DNA from: an uncultured Gemmatimonadaceae bacterium
Lineage (GTDB): Bacteria > Gemmatimonadota > Gemmatimonadetes > Gemmatimonadales > Gemmatimonadaceae
DNA: 64,000 bases
NCBI GenBank assembly: GCA_963740355.1
Contig: CAVUDW010000002.1
Span: forward strand, 288,001 to 352,000
Direction of reading: 5' to 3'
Shown here: positions 40,340 to 50,323 of the stretch, one piece after another
How positions within the stretch are numbered: position 1 is the stretch's first letter
Layout of the letters: the number at the start of each line of letters is the position of its first letter
Position numbers and translations under genes: made by a program
Notes under the pieces: model-generated
The model's input: the letters and a program-made list of their open reading frames with translations, nothing else
Told to the model about the DNA's origin: nothing
The model's database searches: none

Positions 40340-40696
40340 CTACTGCTCGCCGAAGATCGTGACGGGTCGCACTTCGATGCTGCCAGTTCGGGCGGACGGA
40401 ATCTTGGCGGCAATCTGGATCGCCTCGTTCAAGTCGTGCGCCTCGACGAGGTAGAAACCGCCCAGCTGCTCCTTCGTCTCGGCGAACGGGCCATCGGTCG
40501 TGGTCAGCTTGCCATTGCGGATTCGTACGGTCGTGGCCGTGTGCACCGGGTCGAGGGCTTCGCCGCCGAGCATGCGCCCCGAGTGATGCAGCTCGTTGCT
40601 GAACGCGAAGTATTCGCCGAGGAAGGCGTCGGATTCGTCCTTCGGCATCGCAGCCATCTTGCTTTCGTCGTCATAGATCAGGCACAGGTACTTCAT
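40340..40696 (-). CDS. YciI/DGPF domain protein
   Basis: MKYLCLIY, TDGPFAETKEQLGGFY, IEVRP. Confidence 0.95.
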   Translation of the reverse strand: MKYLCLIYDDESKMAAMPKDESDAFLGEYFAFSNELHHSGRMLGGEALDPVHTATTVRIRNGKLTTTDGPFAETKEQLGGFYLVEAHDLNEAIQIAAKIPSARTGSIEVRPVTIFGEQ

Positions 40697-40741
40697 GGCG
40701 TCCTCTGGGGCGTGGCGTGAATGAACAGGTTGGCCCCCATA

Positions 40742-40768
40742 GTCGATTGGGCTGTGCGGAAATCGACA
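40742..40768 (-). promoter_or_regulatory. Putative ECF42-dependent autoregulatory promoter
   Basis: TGTCGA (40768-40763), 17 bp, CGAC (40745-40742), matching the ECF42 TGTCGA/CG(A/T)C motif as recalled from the literature. Confidence 0.6.
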
Positions 40769-40828
40769 TGGCCGTCCCCGCGGTCGCCAGCGGTCTCGTC
40801 CAGGGATTCGCGAGTGGCGGTTCGCGGC

Positions 40829-41578
40829 CTACGGTTCGCGGACCGAATAGGCGCGGGCGACGGCATCGAAGCAGGTCACCGGATCGGCCGAGGGAATCGC
40901 GACTGCCTTGCCGGCGCAGCCGTTGCTGGTGGTCGCCTCACCGCGCAGCGCGCCCCGGTATCGAGAAATGGCGTTTTCGACGGGAAGTGGTGACGTGGGA
41001 GGCTCGAGAAGGGTGTGCGGGTAGAGGCGCTCACCGCTCAATGCGTCGAGGTAGACGCCGCTTTCGCGGATGTCCGGCACCTGCCCGAGGATGCTCCAGG
41101 CGACGATGGGCATCGCGTTGCGCGTGTTCACTTCGAGGACCGCGCTCGTCACACGCCGCACACCGACGTCCTGCGCCTTGTGCCACGCATCCTTGAAGTC
41201 CATCGGCACGACTGGCAGCGGCAGGGGTTCGGGCCGGTCAGCCGGCCAGTCCTGCGCTTCCGCGCCATCCCATGGGATTCGGGGATCGCTGGTCGCGGTC
41301 ATGAAGGTGCGCGATGCCGGCGAGAAGAAACTGTAGAGTGCGTCCGTCGGTGCGTTGTCGCTGGCCGCGTCGGTTCGGAGCTCGATGCGATACAGCACCG
41401 CGTCGGCCTGCTGTGTCCGCGCCCAGCGTGTGTTGCGCTCTACCAGTGCAAGCACGTTCGTCGCCACACCTTCGTCGTCATAACTCAGGTGATCGCCTTG
41501 GCCGCGGCAGCTGGCCAGCAGCAGCAGGGTGACGACGGTGGTGACCCAACGAGCGGGAAGGCCTGGACGGCGGAACAC
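40829..41578 (-). CDS. Hypothetical lipoprotein
   Basis: GTG start with AAGGA upstream; hydrophobic stretch ending in lipobox LASC; start uncertain. Confidence 0.55.
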   Translation of the reverse strand: MFRRPGLPARWVTTVVTLLLLASCRGQGDHLSYDDEGVATNVLALVERNTRWARTQQADAVLYRIELRTDAASDNAPTDALYSFFSPASRTFMTATSDPRIPWDGAEAQDWPADRPEPLPLPVVPMDFKDAWHKAQDVGVRRVTSAVLEVNTRNAMPIVAWSILGQVPDIRESGVYLDALSGERLYPHTLLEPPTSPLPVENAISRYRGALRGEATTSNGCAGKAVAIPSADPVTCFDAVARAYSVREP

Positions 41579-41763
41579 GAATCCTTGTGCAGTGGGAGCT
41601 GCGCGCGGCCATCGATGTCGGTGGTATCGCGCGCAAGCCAATTTTCCGGATCGCCTCGGGCAATGCAAGCGATTGCGACGTGTGGTCTGCTGGATAGGCA
41701 TACCCCGATCGGGATGGGGGGTTACCGTTGGGGATCCCATCTCTTCCACTCGTTGGAGCAAGC

Positions 41764-43047
41764 ATGCGCATTCGGCACGTGTTGCTGGCCCTCGTTCTCG
41801 TGACGCAGGATCTTTTCGCCCAGGCGGCGCCGGTGACGGCAATCCGCGCGGCGCGGCTCATCATTGGCGACGGGACGCAGGTCGAGTCGCCGGTGGTCGT
41901 GATCACCGGTGATCGCATCACGGCCGTCGGGCCCGCGTCACAGGTTCGGGTGCCGAACGGTGCGCGGGTGATCGATCTCGCCGGCTATACGCTGATGCCC
42001 GGCTTTTTCGACATGCACACCCACCTGACGTCGATCGACAACGATGGTGGCGACCTCTCGGTGCTGAAGGAGACCGCAGCCCACGGCGCGATCTACGCCG
42101 TGATCAACGCGAAGAAGACCCTCGACGCTGGCTTCACCACCGTGCGCGAGGCCGGGTCGACCGACTATGTGGACATCACCGTGCGTGACGCCATCAACCG
42201 CGGATTGATTCCTGGTCCGCGCATTCACGCCTCAGGCCCGTCGCTGGGCAGCACGGGTGGCCACGCGGACGTGAATGGCTGGAGCCCGAACATCCAGATC
42301 CCGGGCACCGGCGCGATCGTCGATGGCCCGGACGCGATTCGTCACCAGGTGCGACTCAACGTCAAGTACGGTGCCGACCAGATCAAGTTCGTCGCCACCG
42401 GTGGCATCCTGTCGGTGGGTGATGCCGTCAACGCACCGCAGTACGGCGACGATGAGATGAAGGCGCTGGTCGACGAAGCCACGCGACTGGGGCGCAAGGT
42501 GATGGCGCATGCACATGGTGGTGCCGGCCTGCTGGCGGCGGTGAATGCCGGCGCGGCATCGATCGAACATGGCAGCCTGGTGGACGATGCGGCGATCACG
42601 GCGATGAAGGCACGGGGCACCTATCTCGTCCCCACGCTGATCATCCTCGAGGAGATCGTGAAGGATGGTGCGCGCAAAGGGGTTCCGGCAAACTCCGTGG
42701 CCAAGGCCACCGCGATCGCGGCGGAGCGTCGGGTCCGGCTGCGCCACGCGTATCAGTCGGGCGTGAAGTTTGCGCTCGGAACCGATGCCACCAGTGACAT
42801 CCACGGTCGCAACGGTGAGGAGTTCAAGTACATGGTCGACATTCTTGGTGCGACACCAATGGATGCGATCACCGTAGGGACCATGAACGCCGCCACGCTA
42901 CTGGGGGTAGAGAAGGAGTTCGGGAGCGTGACCGTCGGCAAGGTGGCGGACCTGGTGGCCGTGCAGGGTAATCCGCTGCAGGACATCGCACTTCTCGCCC
43001 ATGTGCAGTTCGTGATGAAGGGTGGCGTGGTGGTGAAATCGAAGTGA
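41764..43047 (+). CDS. Metal-dependent amidohydrolase (Xaa-Pro dipeptidase-like), secreted
   Basis: LMPGFFDMHTH, AGFTTVRE, GADQIK, MAHAHG, SIEHG, GTD, GKVADLV. Confidence 0.92.
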   Translation: MRIRHVLLALVLVTQDLFAQAAPVTAIRAARLIIGDGTQVESPVVVITGDRITAVGPASQVRVPNGARVIDLAGYTLMPGFFDMHTHLTSIDNDGGDLSVLKETAAHGAIYAVINAKKTLDAGFTTVREAGSTDYVDITVRDAINRGLIPGPRIHASGPSLGSTGGHADVNGWSPNIQIPGTGAIVDGPDAIRHQVRLNVKYGADQIKFVATGGILSVGDAVNAPQYGDDEMKALVDEATRLGRKVMAHAHGGAGLLAAVNAGAASIEHGSLVDDAAITAMKARGTYLVPTLIILEEIVKDGARKGVPANSVAKATAIAAERRVRLRHAYQSGVKFALGTDATSDIHGRNGEEFKYMVDILGATPMDAITVGTMNAATLLGVEKEFGSVTVGKVADLVAVQGNPLQDIALLAHVQFVMKGGVVVKSK

Positions 43048-43102
43048 GCTGTTCCGGGGGTGTGGCGGTCGCACGCCCCGCCTGCAGTGCGTCGCCCATC
43101 CC

Positions 43103-44836
43103 GTGCCCATCATGAGTTCATCTGATCTCGACCATGTGCGCGCCTGTCTCGGCGCGAAATACGCGATCGAGCGCGAGCTTGGGCGCGGCGGCATGGGCAC
43201 GGTGTATCTCGCACGCGACCTGCGCCTTGATCGGCAGGTCGCCCTCAAGGTCCTGCCGACGGCGTACGCGCTCGATGCGGCGCTGCGCGAGCGGTTCCTG
43301 CGAGAAACACGGACGGCGGCATCCTTCTCGCACCCGAACATCGTGCCGGTCCACGCGATCGAGGAGAGCGATGACCTGGTGGCGTTCGCGATGGGATACG
43401 TCGAAGGCGCGGTGCTGACTGAGCGCGTGCGTCGCGGCGGGCCGCTGGGAACACGCGAGTTGGTACGGCTGCTGCAGGATATCGGGTACGCGCTGGCGTA
43501 TGCGCACGGTCGGGGCGTGGTGCATCGCGACATCAAGCCCGACAACGTGATGATCGAGCGCGCGACCGGTCGTGCACTGCTGATGGATTTCGGCATCTCG
43601 CGCACCATCACCACATCGCCCACCGGTGTGGCTGGACTGACGCGTGTTGGCGAGGTGGTTGGCACACCGTCATACATGAGCCCCGAACAGGCCTCGGCCG
43701 ACGCGCTCGATGGTCGCAGCGATCTCTATTCGCTTGGGCTGGTCGCTTTCTTCGCGGCGACGGGCCGCACCGCCATGTCAGGGTCGTCTCCGCAGCGGAT
43801 CCTGATTCGGCAGCTGACCGAAACGGTCCCGCCGCTCGCCGACGAACGCAATGACCTGCCGCAGTCGCTGACCGATGCCATCGATCGCTGTGTGGCCAAG
43901 GATCCGGCGTTGCGCTTCCCGAGTGCCGCAGCGCTGGTCGAGGCGATCGACGAGGCCCAATTGGCCGCGCCCGACATTCCGATTCCGATCCGCGGCTTCG
44001 CGCAGGAACTCGGGACGCTGTCGTTGTTCAGCTTCATCATGTTGCTGCTCGGCTACTGGAGCTATCGCACCGGCCCGAAGCAGCTTGCCACGATCGAGCG
44101 CATGCTGCCGCTGGTGCTGTTTCTCGGCATCATCCTGACGCGCGTCCTGCAGTCGCTCTCGGTCGTGCGCCGGCTGGCGGAGGCGGGATTTTCGGCGTCG
44201 GACATCATGCGCGGCCTGCGTGGTACCGTGGATGAACAGGCGTCATTGCGCGATCAGATCAAGCGCAGCGCCGCATCGCACCGCCGGCGCCGGAAGACGA
44301 TCCTGATCGCGCTCATCCAGCTGCCAGTGGGGGCAGGCCTGCTGTACATGGCGAGCCGACTGCGGAGCGAGAACATGCCGCCCCCCGGGTCGACACCAGC
44401 GGCACAAGTCATCGTGCCGCCGCAGGCGGTGCCCGCAGCCGAAACACCGACTGTGCTCGGCATCACGCTGGTCTTCACCGGGCTGATGCTCTTCGCCGTC
44501 AGCTTCGTGTTGCTGTCACGCTCGCCATTCCGCATGTCACCCGGCGAGCGGATGTTCCGCCTCATCTGGCTCGGTCCGATCGGTCGCACGTTCGTTCGGA
44601 TCGGTGCGCGCAGCGTGCCGGCGCGACAGGGTTTTGGTGAGACGCCGCGCCCCGCGACACAGTCGCCAAGCCTGGTCGACGACGACCTGCCGCTGATTGC
44701 AGCACTCCCGGCACCGGTCGCGCCGTTCGTCGCGCAGTCACCACTGCCCGACCCGCCGCCAGGTCAGCTGACGGGCAACTCCCTCGAAGCGCGCGTCAAG
44801 GCGCTGGAGGAGTGGCGGGAGCGAATGTTGCCATGA
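43103..44836 (+). CDS. Serine/threonine protein kinase (Hanks type) with C-terminal TM helices
   Basis: LGRGGMGTVY, VALK, HRDIKPDN, DFG, GTPSYMSPEQ, SDLYSLG; ~4 hydrophobic segments. Confidence 0.93.
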   Translation: MPIMSSSDLDHVRACLGAKYAIERELGRGGMGTVYLARDLRLDRQVALKVLPTAYALDAALRERFLRETRTAASFSHPNIVPVHAIEESDDLVAFAMGYVEGAVLTERVRRGGPLGTRELVRLLQDIGYALAYAHGRGVVHRDIKPDNVMIERATGRALLMDFGISRTITTSPTGVAGLTRVGEVVGTPSYMSPEQASADALDGRSDLYSLGLVAFFAATGRTAMSGSSPQRILIRQLTETVPPLADERNDLPQSLTDAIDRCVAKDPALRFPSAAALVEAIDEAQLAAPDIPIPIRGFAQELGTLSLFSFIMLLLGYWSYRTGPKQLATIERMLPLVLFLGIILTRVLQSLSVVRRLAEAGFSASDIMRGLRGTVDEQASLRDQIKRSAASHRRRRKTILIALIQLPVGAGLLYMASRLRSENMPPPGSTPAAQVIVPPQAVPAAETPTVLGITLVFTGLMLFAVSFVLLSRSPFRMSPGERMFRLIWLGPIGRTFVRIGARSVPARQGFGETPRPATQSPSLVDDDLPLIAALPAPVAPFVAQSPLPDPPPGQLTGNSLEARVKALEEWRERMLP

Positions 44837-47009
44837 AGCGCATCGCCCCCAGCGGATTGGAATAGTCGTCCGTCCATGTGCGTGCTGCCCGCTGCATGAT
44901 CGGCATCCACTGCTCGTCGAGTGCCGGCACCTGGCCGGCAGGCGCCAGGAGGACCCACTCCGATGGGTATTTCAGCTCGGCTGCGTGTGCTGCAGTGATG
45001 TCCAGATCGGCGGCGGCGCGCGCTTCGAGCCCTGTAGCGCCCGCGACGGCGGCGAGAATCGGCTGCAGCTGGAAAAATCGATTGGAGACGTGGAAGAGCA
45101 GCGCTCCGCCGGGACGCAGATGTCGCGCATATCCCTCGACTGCCTCTCGAGTGAGCAGGTGGATCGGGATCGCGTCGGAGCTGAAGGCATCGATGATCAT
45201 CACATCGTATTTCGCACTGCGATCGCGCTCCAGTGCCAATCGTGCGTCGCCGAGGATCAACGATTGCGTCGCGGCGTTCGATCGGGCGAGATAGGTGAAC
45301 CACGTCGTGTCACTTGCCACGCGCGCCACGACCGGGTCCAGCTCGTAGAGGTCCCATTGCTCACCGGTACGCGCATAACATGCCAGCGCGCCGGAACCGA
45401 GTCCCACCAATGCGATGCGCCGCGGTGTGACGGACGGTGCGAGTGCCGTCAGGAAGCGACCAATCGGACCAGTGGGATGATAGTATGTCGCGGGATTGCA
45501 GCCCCGCATTTCGCTCACGCGCTGGATACCGTGTACCGTGGATCCGTGCACCAGCAGGTGCGCGTCGTGTACGCGATCGTATGACACCCGGACGCGGCCG
45601 AAGAAGCTGCGTTCGCCATAGAGGATGGTGCCGTAGGCCGACGGCACGAAAAGCGATGCGACCAGGAGGCCGGCGAGACGTCGCGCGAAGACGGTGCCAC
45701 GCTCGTTCGCATTGAGCACATACAGCGCGGCCGGTGCGAACAGCAGTGGCGACCAGCGCAATTGATCGACGGTGGAGTAGCGATAGAACAGCGTCGCTGC
45801 GATCAGGACCAGCGCGGACGGAATCACAACGTCGAGCCCGCGCTGCCACCAGCCGCTGATCGTCGGCTTGGTGGCGGTGAGTACGGTGGTCGCCAGCACC
45901 AGCGCGATGGGGTACTCACTCATTCGGTCCGTCACCAGCGGCGGCACCAGCAACGTGATCATCCCGCCCACTGCACCACCAATCGACATTGCGAGGTAGA
46001 ACTGCGGAAGGAACTGTGGATGCGGCGCCATCGACGCGATGCGCCGGTGGCAGATCAGGCTGGCGATGAAGAACACGGCCAGATGGGCCGGAATGAGTAC
46101 CGAGGCCGGTGAATTCGCCTCAGCGGCGAGCGCCACCACGATGAACAACACCGCTAGGGTCCAGGCCCGCTCCAGCAATGTGTACGGCGCCGTGGAGCGG
46201 CTGCCGAACGTGATGATGAAGGTGATCAGGTACAACGCGAGCGGCACAACCCAGAAGAGCGGGAGCGATGCGACATCAGTCAGGATGTAGTTGGTGACGC
46301 TGAGCAGCAGACTGGCTGGAATCGCGGCCAACGCAATGACACGCCACCAGGCAGCAGACGAGAAGCTTGCGGCGCCGGCGAATGCACCATCAGCCGCGGT
46401 CGGCGCTGCAGTTTCATCACCGTCCGTCGAAGGTCGCGTGAACGCCAGCGCCACGATCGAGACGATCACCACCGTCAGCAGGCCGAGGAAGACCGTGCGC
46501 TGTCCGGAGAGCGAGAGCCGCGGTTCGAAGACGAGGGGATACACGAACAGTCCGACCATGCTGCCAGCGTTGCTGGCCGCGTACAATCGGTAGGGACTCG
46601 ATGTCGTCGGCGCTGTGCCGTGCGCAAGCCACGACTGCACCAGTGTGGTCAGCGCAGCCAACGCCACGAAGGTGAGTAGCACGTGGCGCGTCAGCCAGAT
46701 GACGAGACTGATGCTGGGCGATGCCGCAACGAACTCGATGCTCTCGCCTGCACGCGGATAGACGATGAAGAGTGTGCAGAGGAGCAACACCTGCACCAAC
46801 ATCTGCCGGCTGATGGACAGGTGCCGCACCAGCAGCATCGCCAGCCCGTAACCCACCAGCAGCGCCACCTGGAAAAACACCATGCAGCTGTTCCAGAGCA
46901 GTGGTGTGCCGCCGAACGCAGGCAGCAACAGCTTTCCCACGTACGGTTCGAGCGAGAACAGCAGCAAGGAGCCGCCGAACGTGGCCGCCACCGCCAGCCA
47001 GGTGCGCAT
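44796..47009 (-). CDS. Fused membrane domain / spermidine synthase-like SAM-dependent transferase
   Basis: LLP.FGG, PYRLYAASNAGS, ERSFFG, HGSTVHG.Q, VGLGSG, YELDP, GDARL, IIDAFSSDAIPIHLLTREA, WTDDYSN. TGATG overlap with the RidA stop. Confidence 0.88.
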   Translation of the reverse strand: MRTWLAVAATFGGSLLLFSLEPYVGKLLLPAFGGTPLLWNSCMVFFQVALLVGYGLAMLLVRHLSISRQMLVQVLLLCTLFIVYPRAGESIEFVAASPSISLVIWLTRHVLLTFVALAALTTLVQSWLAHGTAPTTSSPYRLYAASNAGSMVGLFVYPLVFEPRLSLSGQRTVFLGLLTVVIVSIVALAFTRPSTDGDETAAPTAADGAFAGAASFSSAAWWRVIALAAIPASLLLSVTNYILTDVASLPLFWVVPLALYLITFIITFGSRSTAPYTLLERAWTLAVLFIVVALAAEANSPASVLIPAHLAVFFIASLICHRRIASMAPHPQFLPQFYLAMSIGGAVGGMITLLVPPLVTDRMSEYPIALVLATTVLTATKPTISGWWQRGLDVVIPSALVLIAATLFYRYSTVDQLRWSPLLFAPAALYVLNANERGTVFARRLAGLLVASLFVPSAYGTILYGERSFFGRVRVSYDRVHDAHLLVHGSTVHGIQRVSEMRGCNPATYYHPTGPIGRFLTALAPSVTPRRIALVGLGSGALACYARTGEQWDLYELDPVVARVASDTTWFTYLARSNAATQSLILGDARLALERDRSAKYDVMIIDAFSSDAIPIHLLTREAVEGYARHLRPGGALLFHVSNRFFQLQPILAAVAGATGLEARAAADLDITAAHAAELKYPSEWVLLAPAGQVPALDEQWMPIMQRAARTWTDDYSNPLGAMRFMATFAPATPPAP

Positions 47010-47401
47010 CAGTCTGGAATGACCGCGGTCACCTCGATCTCCACCAGCGCATCGTCTTCCATCAACCCGCTCACCTCGACGGCCGACATCGCCGCATTGT
47101 AGCTGCCGATGATCTCGCGAAAGGCGAGCCCAAGTTCCGCCGCAGCCTCGAGGTACGCTTCCTTGTCGAGCACGTACCAGGTCATGCGAACGATGTGTTC
47201 CGGCTTCGCACCGGCTTCGGCCAGCACTGCCACGATGTTTTCGAGCGCCTTCCGCGCCTGACCGCCGATGGTGTTGCTGGGGAACTTGCAGTTCGTGTCC
47301 CAGCCGACCATGCCTGCGACGAACACCATCTCGCCGCGCACAGCGACGCCGTTCGAATACCCGCGTGGCCGCGGCCAACCGGGTGGCAGCAGGATGCGCA
47401 T
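47009..47401 (-). CDS. RidA/YjgF family protein
   Basis: PPGWPRPRGYSNG, FVAGMVGW, LVEIEVTAVIP; the type usually found in abm operons. Confidence 0.93.
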   Translation of the reverse strand: MRILLPPGWPRPRGYSNGVAVRGEMVFVAGMVGWDTNCKFPSNTIGGQARKALENIVAVLAEAGAKPEHIVRMTWYVLDKEAYLEAAAELGLAFREIIGSYNAAMSAVEVSGLMEDDALVEIEVTAVIPD

Positions 47402-47499
47402 CAGGGAACCTCCGTCACTGCGTGACGCTGGAAGGTGTGACGAGATGGGTGACGCGACGAATGGCGCGACGGGGAAGACCGCGGCTCGTGCGCGGTCAT
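47401..47499 (-). pseudogene. 32-aa mini-ORF coupled at both ends; possible internally deleted thioesterase remnant
   Basis: ATGA overlap with the ligase stop and TGATG overlap with the RidA start; MTAHEPRSSPSRHSSRHPSRHTFQRHAVTEVP. Confidence 0.4.
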
Positions 47500-49106
47500 G
47501 CGGGGTCCTTGAGCCGGAACCGCTGCAGCTTGCCCGTCTCGGTGCGCGGCAACTGTGTACGGAATTCGATCGCGCGAGGATACTTGTACGGGGCGACGGT
47601 CTGCTTCACGAAGTCCTGCAATTCCTTCACTAGTGCCGCACTTGGCGAGTGCCCATCGCGCAGCACGATGTAGGCTTTCACGAGCTGACCGCGTTCCTCG
47701 TCCGGCACACCAATCACTCCGCACTCCGCCACCGCAGGGTGGCGCAGGACCGCCTCCTCGACTTCCGGGGCCGCGATGTTGTAGCCCGCCGAGATGATCA
47801 TGTCATCGGTGCGCGACTGATAGTGGAAGTAGCCGTCGGCATCGACCAGGTAGGCATCGCCGGTGAGGTTCCAGCCGTCGTGCACATAGGCCCGCTGCCG
47901 GTCATCTGCGAGGTAGCGACACCCCGTTGGCCCCTTCACGGCGAGACGACCGACCTGCCCCACGTCGGCCGGATTCCCCTGGTCATCGAGCACCGTGGCG
48001 ATGTATCCGGGCACCGCCTTCCCCGTCGCGCCGGGTCGCGCGTGTGCCTCATCGGCCGAGATGAAGATGTGCAACATCTCGGTTGCCCCAATGCCGTCGA
48101 TCAGCTCGATCCCCGTCGCATCGCGCCAGAGTTGCCGCGTGGAAGCCGGCAGCACCTCGCCGGCGGATACGCACTGCCGAAGCGACGACGCACGCAGCCT
48201 CTCGCCGTGTTGTGCCATCGTCCGATAGGTGGTCGGGGCGGTGAAGAGCGTGGTGGCTCCGAACTCCACGATCGCGTCCAGCAGGTTCTGTGGTGACGGC
48301 CGTTCCAGGAGCACCGCAGAAGCACCGACCTGCATCGGAAAGAGCACCAGCCCACCAAGTCCGAAGGTGAAGGCCAGCGGGGGGCTGCCGATGAACACGT
48401 CATCCTGATGCGGCCGAAGGATATGCTTCGGCCAGCAGGCGCAGATCGCCATCACGTCACGATGAAAATGCATCGTGCCCTTCGGCTGCCCAGTCGTGCC
48501 GGATGTGAAGGCGATGATGCAGGTGTCGTCCGAGGCGGTGTCGACGTTGGTGAAGTGCGACGAGGCGTTGGCCATCAGGCTTTCCAGCGCATCGTCCTCG
48601 GTGCTGTTGAACAGTCGCAGCGACACCGGCTGGGCACTCTGCCCAAGCGCTACCTCCAGCTCAGCCTCCAGTGCGGCATCACACAATGCGTGTGTCACCT
48701 GTGCCTTCTCGATCACCTTCTGCAGTTCACCCGCGCGCAAGAGCGGCATGGTGGCAACGGCGATACCGCCCGCCTTGATGACGCCGAACCAGCAGGCCAC
48801 CATCATCGGGTTGTTCGGGGCGCGCAGCAGCACTCGATTGCCGGGGACCAGTCCCAGCTGCTCCACCAGCACGTTTGCGACACGATTGGCGTGTCGCTGC
48901 AGCTCGGCGTACGTCCAGGTGAGCCCCGAGCCGCGCAGGCAGATCCGATCGCCGCGACCGCTCTCGATGTGGCGGTCGAGCAACTCCGTGGCACAGTTCA
49001 GCTGTTCGGGGAACTGCAGTTCCGGCAGCGAGAAGATGAACTCCGGCAGCAGTTCCGCCGCCGGCAGGTTGTCGTGCGCGAAGGTGTCGACATGAGCGCT
49101 TGGCAT
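47496..49106 (-). CDS. abmG: 2-aminobenzoate (anthranilate)-CoA ligase
   Basis: SAHVDTFA.DNLP, FTSGTTG.PKGTMHFHRD, SPPLAFTFGLGG, DGIGATEMLHIFIS, ETGKLQRF; operon context. Confidence 0.85.
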   Translation of the reverse strand: MPSAHVDTFAHDNLPAAELLPEFIFSLPELQFPEQLNCATELLDRHIESGRGDRICLRGSGLTWTYAELQRHANRVANVLVEQLGLVPGNRVLLRAPNNPMMVACWFGVIKAGGIAVATMPLLRAGELQKVIEKAQVTHALCDAALEAELEVALGQSAQPVSLRLFNSTEDDALESLMANASSHFTNVDTASDDTCIIAFTSGTTGQPKGTMHFHRDVMAICACWPKHILRPHQDDVFIGSPPLAFTFGLGGLVLFPMQVGASAVLLERPSPQNLLDAIVEFGATTLFTAPTTYRTMAQHGERLRASSLRQCVSAGEVLPASTRQLWRDATGIELIDGIGATEMLHIFISADEAHARPGATGKAVPGYIATVLDDQGNPADVGQVGRLAVKGPTGCRYLADDRQRAYVHDGWNLTGDAYLVDADGYFHYQSRTDDMIISAGYNIAAPEVEEAVLRHPAVAECGVIGVPDEERGQLVKAYIVLRDGHSPSAALVKELQDFVKQTVAPYKYPRAIEFRTQLPRTETGKLQRFRLKDPA

Positions 49107-49109
49107 TGG

Positions 49110-50283
49110 CTAGCGCTCCGCCGTGCGCTCACGCAGCAACTCGCGCGCGATGATCAGCAACTGCACCTCGGTCGCACCCTCATAGATGCGCAGCGATCGG
49201 ATCTCGCGATAGAGCTGCTCCACCGGATTGCCGCTCATCACGCCCAGCCCGCCAAGCAGCTGCACGGCGGCATCGATCACCTCCTGGGCGCCTTCGGTGG
49301 CGACCAGTTTCGCCATCGCGGCCTCGCGCGTGACCGTCTCGCCGCGGTCCCGCATCCAGGCGGCGCGGTAGGTGTGCAACGCGGCGCTGTCGATGGTGGT
49401 GGCCATCTGCGCCAGCTTCGCCTGCGTGAGCTGCAGGTCGCTCAGCTTGCCGCCGAACATGGGTCGCGTGGTCGCACGCGCGAGTGCTTCGTCGAGCGCG
49501 CGGCGCGCAAAGCCAAGCGAGGCTGCGGCGACCGAGGTGCGAAAGACATCGAGCGTACGCATTGCGACCTTGAACCCTTCGCCGGCTGTCCCGACCCGCG
49601 CCGTGAGTGGCACTCGGCATCCGGTGAATCGCAGCCGCGCCAGCGGGTGCGGTGCGATCACCTCGATCCGCTCCGCAATCTCCAGCCCTGCGGTGTCGGC
49701 ATCGACGATGAAGGCCGAGATGCCGCGTGAACCCGCCGCCTCACCGGTGCGCGCGAAGACCACGTAGAAATCCGCGATGCCGCCGTTGCTGATCCAGGTC
49801 TTCTCGCCATCCAGAATCGCGTGGTCTCCCTCGATCCGCGCCGCGCAGGACATCGCGGCGACATCGGAGCCTGCGTCCGGCTCCGACAGCGCGAACGCCG
49901 CGATGGCCTCGCCGCGGGCCACGCGGGGCAGGTATCGCTCGCGTTGCGCCGGCGTGCCGGCAAGGCTGATCGCGCCTGAGCCAAGCCCCTGCATGGCGAA
50001 GGCGAAGTCCGCCAGGCCATCGTGACGCGCCAGTGTCTCGCGAATGAGGCAGATGGCGCGTGTGTCGATCTGTGCGCCAGCGCCACCGTGCGCAATGCCA
50101 GCCACGGCATGTGTCAACCAGCCCGAGAAACCAAGGTGCCGCACAAGGGTGCGACAGTCATCGTCGACGTTGGTGTGGGCGACATGGGTGAGATTCGCAT
50201 CGCACCATTCCTCGAGTTGCTGCCGCCAGCGCGCGATGGTGTGGCTCGAAAAACGGCCAGTCGAGGTATCGCATGTCACTCAT
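49110..50283 (-). CDS. Acyl-CoA dehydrogenase with a +1 frameshift near the 5' end (~50223)
   Basis: [29 protein letters not shown]. Family-typical N-terminus [20 protein letters not shown] (ATG 50283, GGAG RBS) is one base out of frame with the body (ORF 49110..50279). Confidence 0.88.
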
Positions 50284-50323
50284 GGGCCGCACTCCACTGT
50301 CGTGATCCGCTGGACGGCGTGCA

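Noticed and set aside
48408..49730. Large antisense ORFs (also 38081..39334, 59992..61161, 62502..63785)
   Set aside because: Shadow frames of well-supported genes on the opposite strand, with no recognisable motifs.
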